Shown here: positions 60,650 to 64,000 of the stretch, one piece after another
How positions within the stretch are numbered: position 1 is the first letter of the stretch
Layout: each line of letters starts with the position of its first letter
NCBI GenBank assembly: GCA_964016885.1
Contig: OZ024743.1
Coordinates: 140,120,001 to 140,184,000, forward strand
Reading direction: 5' to 3'
Source of the DNA: Eledone cirrhosa
Taxonomy: Eukaryota
Length of the DNA: 64,000 bases
Position numbers and translations under genes: made by a program
The notes under the pieces: model-generated
Seen by the model: the letters and a program-made list of their open reading frames with translations, nothing else
Databases searched by the model: none
Told to the model about the DNA's origin: nothing

Positions 60650-63600
60650 TTGGTGTTTGGTGCTTGGTGCTTGGTGTTTGGTGCTTGGTGCTGGGTGGTT
60701 GGTGTTTGGTGCTTGGTGCTTGGTGTTTCGTGCTAGGTGCATGGTGCTTGGTGTTTGGTGATTGGTGCTTGGTGCTTGGTCTTTGGTGTTTGGTGTTTAG
60801 TGCTTGGTGCTTGGTGCTTGGTGCTTGGTGCTTGGTCCTTGGTGTTTGGTGCTTGGTGCTTGGTGTTTGGTGTTTGGTGCTTGGTGCTTGGTGCTTCGTG
60901 TTTGGTGTTTGGTGCTTGGTGTCTGGAGCTTGGTGTTTGGTGTTTGGTGCTTGGTGCTTGGTGTTTGGTGCTTGGTGCTTGGTGCTTGGTGTTTGGTGCT
61001 TGGTGCTTGGTGCTTGGTCTTTGGTGCTTGGTGTTTGGTGTTTGGTGCCTGGTGCTTTGTGTTTGGTGCTTGGTGATTAGTGTTTGGTGCTTGGTACTTG
61101 GTGTTTGGTGCTTGGTGTTTGGTGTTTGCTGTTTGGTGTTTGGTGTTTGCTGTTTGCTGTTTGGTGTCTGCTTTTTGGTGTTTGGTGTTTGCTGTATGGT
61201 GTTTGCTGTTTCGTGTTTGGTGTTTGCTGTTTGGTGTTTGGTGTTTGCTGTTTGGTGTTTGGTCTTTGGTGCTTGGTGTTTGGTGTTTGGTCTTTGGTGC
61301 TTGGTGTTTGGTGCTTGGTGCTTGGTGTTTGGTGTTTGGTGCTTGGTGCTTGGTGCTTGGTGTTTGGTGCTTGGTGTCTGGTGCTTGGTGTCTGGTGCTT
61401 GGTGTTTGGTGTTTGGTGTTTGGTGCTTGGTGTTTGGTGTTTGGTGTTTGGTGTTTGGTGCTTGTTGCTTGGTGCTTGGTGCTTGGTGTTTGGTGTTTGG
61501 TGCTTGGTGTTTTATGCTTGGTGTTTGATGTTTGGTGCTTGGTGCTTGGTGTTTGGTGCTTGGTGCTTGGTGTTTCTACTTGGTGCTTGGTGCTTGGTGT
61601 TTGGTTCTAGGTTCTTGGTGTTTGGTACTTGGTGCTTGGTGCTTGGTGTTTGGTGCTTGGTGCTTGGAGTTTGGTGTTTGGTGCTTGGTGCTTGGTGTTT
61701 TGTGTTTGGTGTTTGGTTTTTGGTGCTTGGTGCTTGGTGCTTGGTGCTTGGTCCTTGGTGTTTGGTGCTCGGTGCTTGGTGTTTGTACTTGGTGCTTGGT
61801 GCTTGGTGTTTGGTTCTTGGTTCTTGGTGTTTGGTACTTGGTGCTTGGTGCTTGGTGTTTGGTGCTTGGTGCTTGGTGTTTGGTGTTTGGTGTTTGGTGC
61901 TTGGTGCTTGGTGTTTGGTGCTTGGTGCTTGGTGCTGGGTGGTTGGTATTTGGTGCTTGGTGCTTGGTGTTTGGTGCTTGGTGCTTGGTGCTTGGTGTTT
62001 GGTGCCTGGTGCTTGGTGCTTGGTCTTTGGTGCTTGGTGTTTGGTGTTTGGTGCTTGGTGCTTTGTGTTTGGTGCTTGGTGATTAGTGTTTGGTGCTTGG
62101 TACTTGGTGTTTGGTGCTTGGTGTTTGGTGTTTGCTGTTTGGTGTTTGGTGTTTGGTGTTTGCTGTTTGGTGTCTGCTTTTTGGTGTTTGGTGTTTGCTG
62201 TATGGTGTTTGCTGTTTCGTGTTTGGTGTTTGCTGTTTGGTGTTTGGTCTTTGGTGCTTGGTGTTTGGTGCTTGGTGCTTGGTGTTTGGTGTTTGGTGCT
62301 TGGTGTTTGGTGTTTGGTGCTTGGTGCTTGGTGCTTGGTGTTTGGTGCTTGGTGTCTGGTGCTTGGTGTCTGGTGCTTGGTGTTTGGTGTTTGGTGTTTG
62401 GTGCTTGGTGTTTGGTGTTTGGTGTTTGGTGTTTGGTGCTTGTTGCTTGGTGCTTGGTGCTTGGTGTTTGGTGCTTGGTGCTTGGTGTTTGGTGCTGGGT
62501 GCTTGGTGTTTGGTGCTTGGTGCTTGGTGTTTGGTGTTTGGTGCTTGGTGCTTGGTGTTTGGTGTTTGGTGTTATATGCTTGGTGTTTGGTGCTTGGTGC
62601 TTGGTGTTTGCTGTTTGGTTCTTGATGCTTGGTATCTGGTGCTTGGTGCTTGCTGCTTGGTGTTTGGTGCTTGGTGATTGATGCTTGGTGTTTGGTGCTT
62701 GGTGATTGGTGTTTGGTTTTTGGTGCTTGGTGCTTGGTGTTTGGTGCTTGGTGCTTGGTGCTTGGTGGTTGGTATTTGGTGCTTGGTGCTTGGTGTTTGG
62801 TGCTTGGTGCCTGGTGCTTGGTGTTTGGTGCTTGGTGCTTGGTGCTTGGTCTTTGGTGCTTGGTGTTTGGTGTTTGGTGCTTGGTGCTTTGTGTTTGGTG
62901 CTTGGTGATTAGTGTTTGGTGCTTGGTACTTGGTGTGTGGTGCTTGGTGTTTGGTGTTTGCTGTTTGGTGTTTGGTGTTTGGTGTTTGCTGTTTGGTGTC
63001 TGCTTTTTGGTGTTTGGTGTTTGCTGTATGGTGTTTGCTGTTTCGTGTTTGGTGTTTGCTGTTTGGTGTTTGGTGTTTGCTGTTTGGTGTTTGGTCTTTG
63101 GTGCTTGGTGTTTGGTGCTTGGTGCTTGGTGTTTGGTGTTTGGTGCTTGGTGCTTGGTGCTTCGTGTTTGGTGTTTGGTGCTTGGTGTCTGGAGCTTGGT
63201 GTTTGGTGTTTGGTGCTTGGTGTTTGGTGTTTCGTGCTTGGTGCTTGGTGTTTGGTGCTTGGTGCTTGGTGTTTGGTGCTTGGTGTTTGGTGCTTGGTTC
63301 TTGGTGTTTGGTGCTTGGTGTTTGGAGCTTGGTGCTTGGTGTTTGGTGCTTGGTGCTTGGTGTTTGTACTTGGTGCTTGGTGCTTGGTGTTTGGTGCTTG
63401 GTTCTTGGTGTTTGGTGCTTGGTGTTTGGAGCTTGGTGCTTGGTGTTTGGTGCTTGGTGCTTGGTGTTTGGTGTTTGGTGCTTGGTGCTTGGTGTTTGGT
63501 GTTTGGTGCTTGGTGTTTGGTGTTTGGTGCTTGGTGCTTGGTGTTTGTTGCTTGGTACTTGGTGCATGGTGTTTGGTGCTGGGTGTTTGGTGTTTTGTGC

Positions 63601-64000
63601 TTGGTTCTTGGTGTTTGGTGTTTGGTGCTTGGTACTTGGTGTCTGGAGCTTGGTGTTTGGTGTTTGGTGCTTGGTGTTTGGTGCTTGGTGCTTGGTGTTT
63701 GGTGTTTGGTGTTTGATGCTTGGTGTTTTATGCTTGGTGCTTGGTGTTTGGTGCTTGGTGTTTGTATTTGGTGCTTGGTGCTTGGTGTTTTGTGCTTGGG
63801 TCTTGGTGTTTGGTGTTTGGTGCTTGGTACTTGGTGCTTGGTGTTAGGTGTTTGGTCCTTGGTGCTTGGTGCTTGGTGTTTAGTGCTTGGTGCTTGGTGT
63901 TTGTTGTTTGGTGCTTTCTGATTGCTGCTTGGTGTTTGCTGCTTGGTGCTTGGTGCTTGGTGTTTGGTGTTTGGTGCTAGGTGCTTGGTGTTTGGTGTTT
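60650..64000. repeat. Array 2 duplicate of ~51,790-55,130 (offset 8,859-8,887 bp), running off the window
   Basis: ORF pairs 51871/60737, 53706/62572, 53763/62629 and 54854/63720 differ by 8,866. Pairs 52645/61532 and 53199/62086 differ by 8,887. Confidence 0.9.

Larger units (their letters stand above)
16677..64000. repeat. Heptamer satellite array 2, consensus TTGGTG(C/T), >47 kb
   Basis: Uninterrupted tandem TTGGTGC/TTGGTGT units in a single orientation, with scattered point variants (TTGCTGT, TTGATGC, TTAGTGT, TTGGTGA, TTGGTAC) and rare 5-6-bp units. The ORF track shows 7-aa cycles (WCLVLGA on +, TKHQAPS/N on -) expected from a 7-bp period. The array runs off the right window edge. Confidence 0.99.

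Noticed and set aside
16642-63980. Long Trp/Cys/Leu/Val/Gly-rich ORFs (+) and Thr/Lys/His/Gln/Pro-rich, mucin-like ORFs (-)
   Set aside because: These are automatic products of a stop-free 7-bp repeat. They overlap in all frames, have no unique N- or C-terminal sequence and show no codon-position bias.
16677-64000. Canonical telomerase-made telomere, or a link to the TTGGTGT within the Candida albicans telomeric repeat
   Set aside because: It does not match TTAGGG, TTAGG, TTTAGGG or TTAGGC. Mutations are propagated in kb-scale duplications, and a 7-bp match to a 23-bp yeast unit is uninformative. Only the non-canonical hypothesis is kept as a finding.
1-64000. Embedded transposon, inversion or unique-sequence island
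   Set aside because: Reading through, I saw no non-repeat stretch longer than ~15 bp, no strand switch in either array, and no terminal inverted repeats, LTRs or target-site duplications.
1-64000. Purely synthetic or low-complexity sequencing artefact
   Set aside because: Nested duplications with shared and copy-specific variants look like real satellite evolution. Exact copy numbers and T-tract lengths could still be assembly errors.

Overview
This window contains no credible genes, RNA genes, transposons or CRISPR arrays. It consists entirely of two tandem-repeat (satellite) arrays that meet at one sharp junction. Array 1 (1-16,680, open at the left edge) mixes two monomer types sharing the core AAATTATCTCCCC: type A, GGACGGCTGG-AAATTATCTCCCCTT (25 bp), and type B, GA(T)nAC-AAATTATCTCCCCCT (about 26-29 bp). 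Array 2 (16,677-64,000, open at the right edge) is a heptamer, TTGGTG(C/T), with an almost A-free + strand. It has nested higher-order repeats (HORs) at offsets from about 0.2 to 11.3 kb and three sub-domains defined by sequence variants. All supplied ORFs are translation artefacts of the repeats. The pattern fits eukaryotic heterochromatin (pericentromeric or subtelomeric), but the organism and chromosomal position cannot be read from the sequence. I found no support for a new gene-based system. The most interesting signals are structural: a 4-bp microhomology junction that cuts both arrays mid-HOR, similar ~11.25-kb duplication offsets on both sides of it, a telomere-like dimorphic heptamer, and an ordered arrangement of monomer types in array 1. 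HOR offsets come from matching ORF coordinates and diagnostic variants; block boundaries were read by eye and are approximate.
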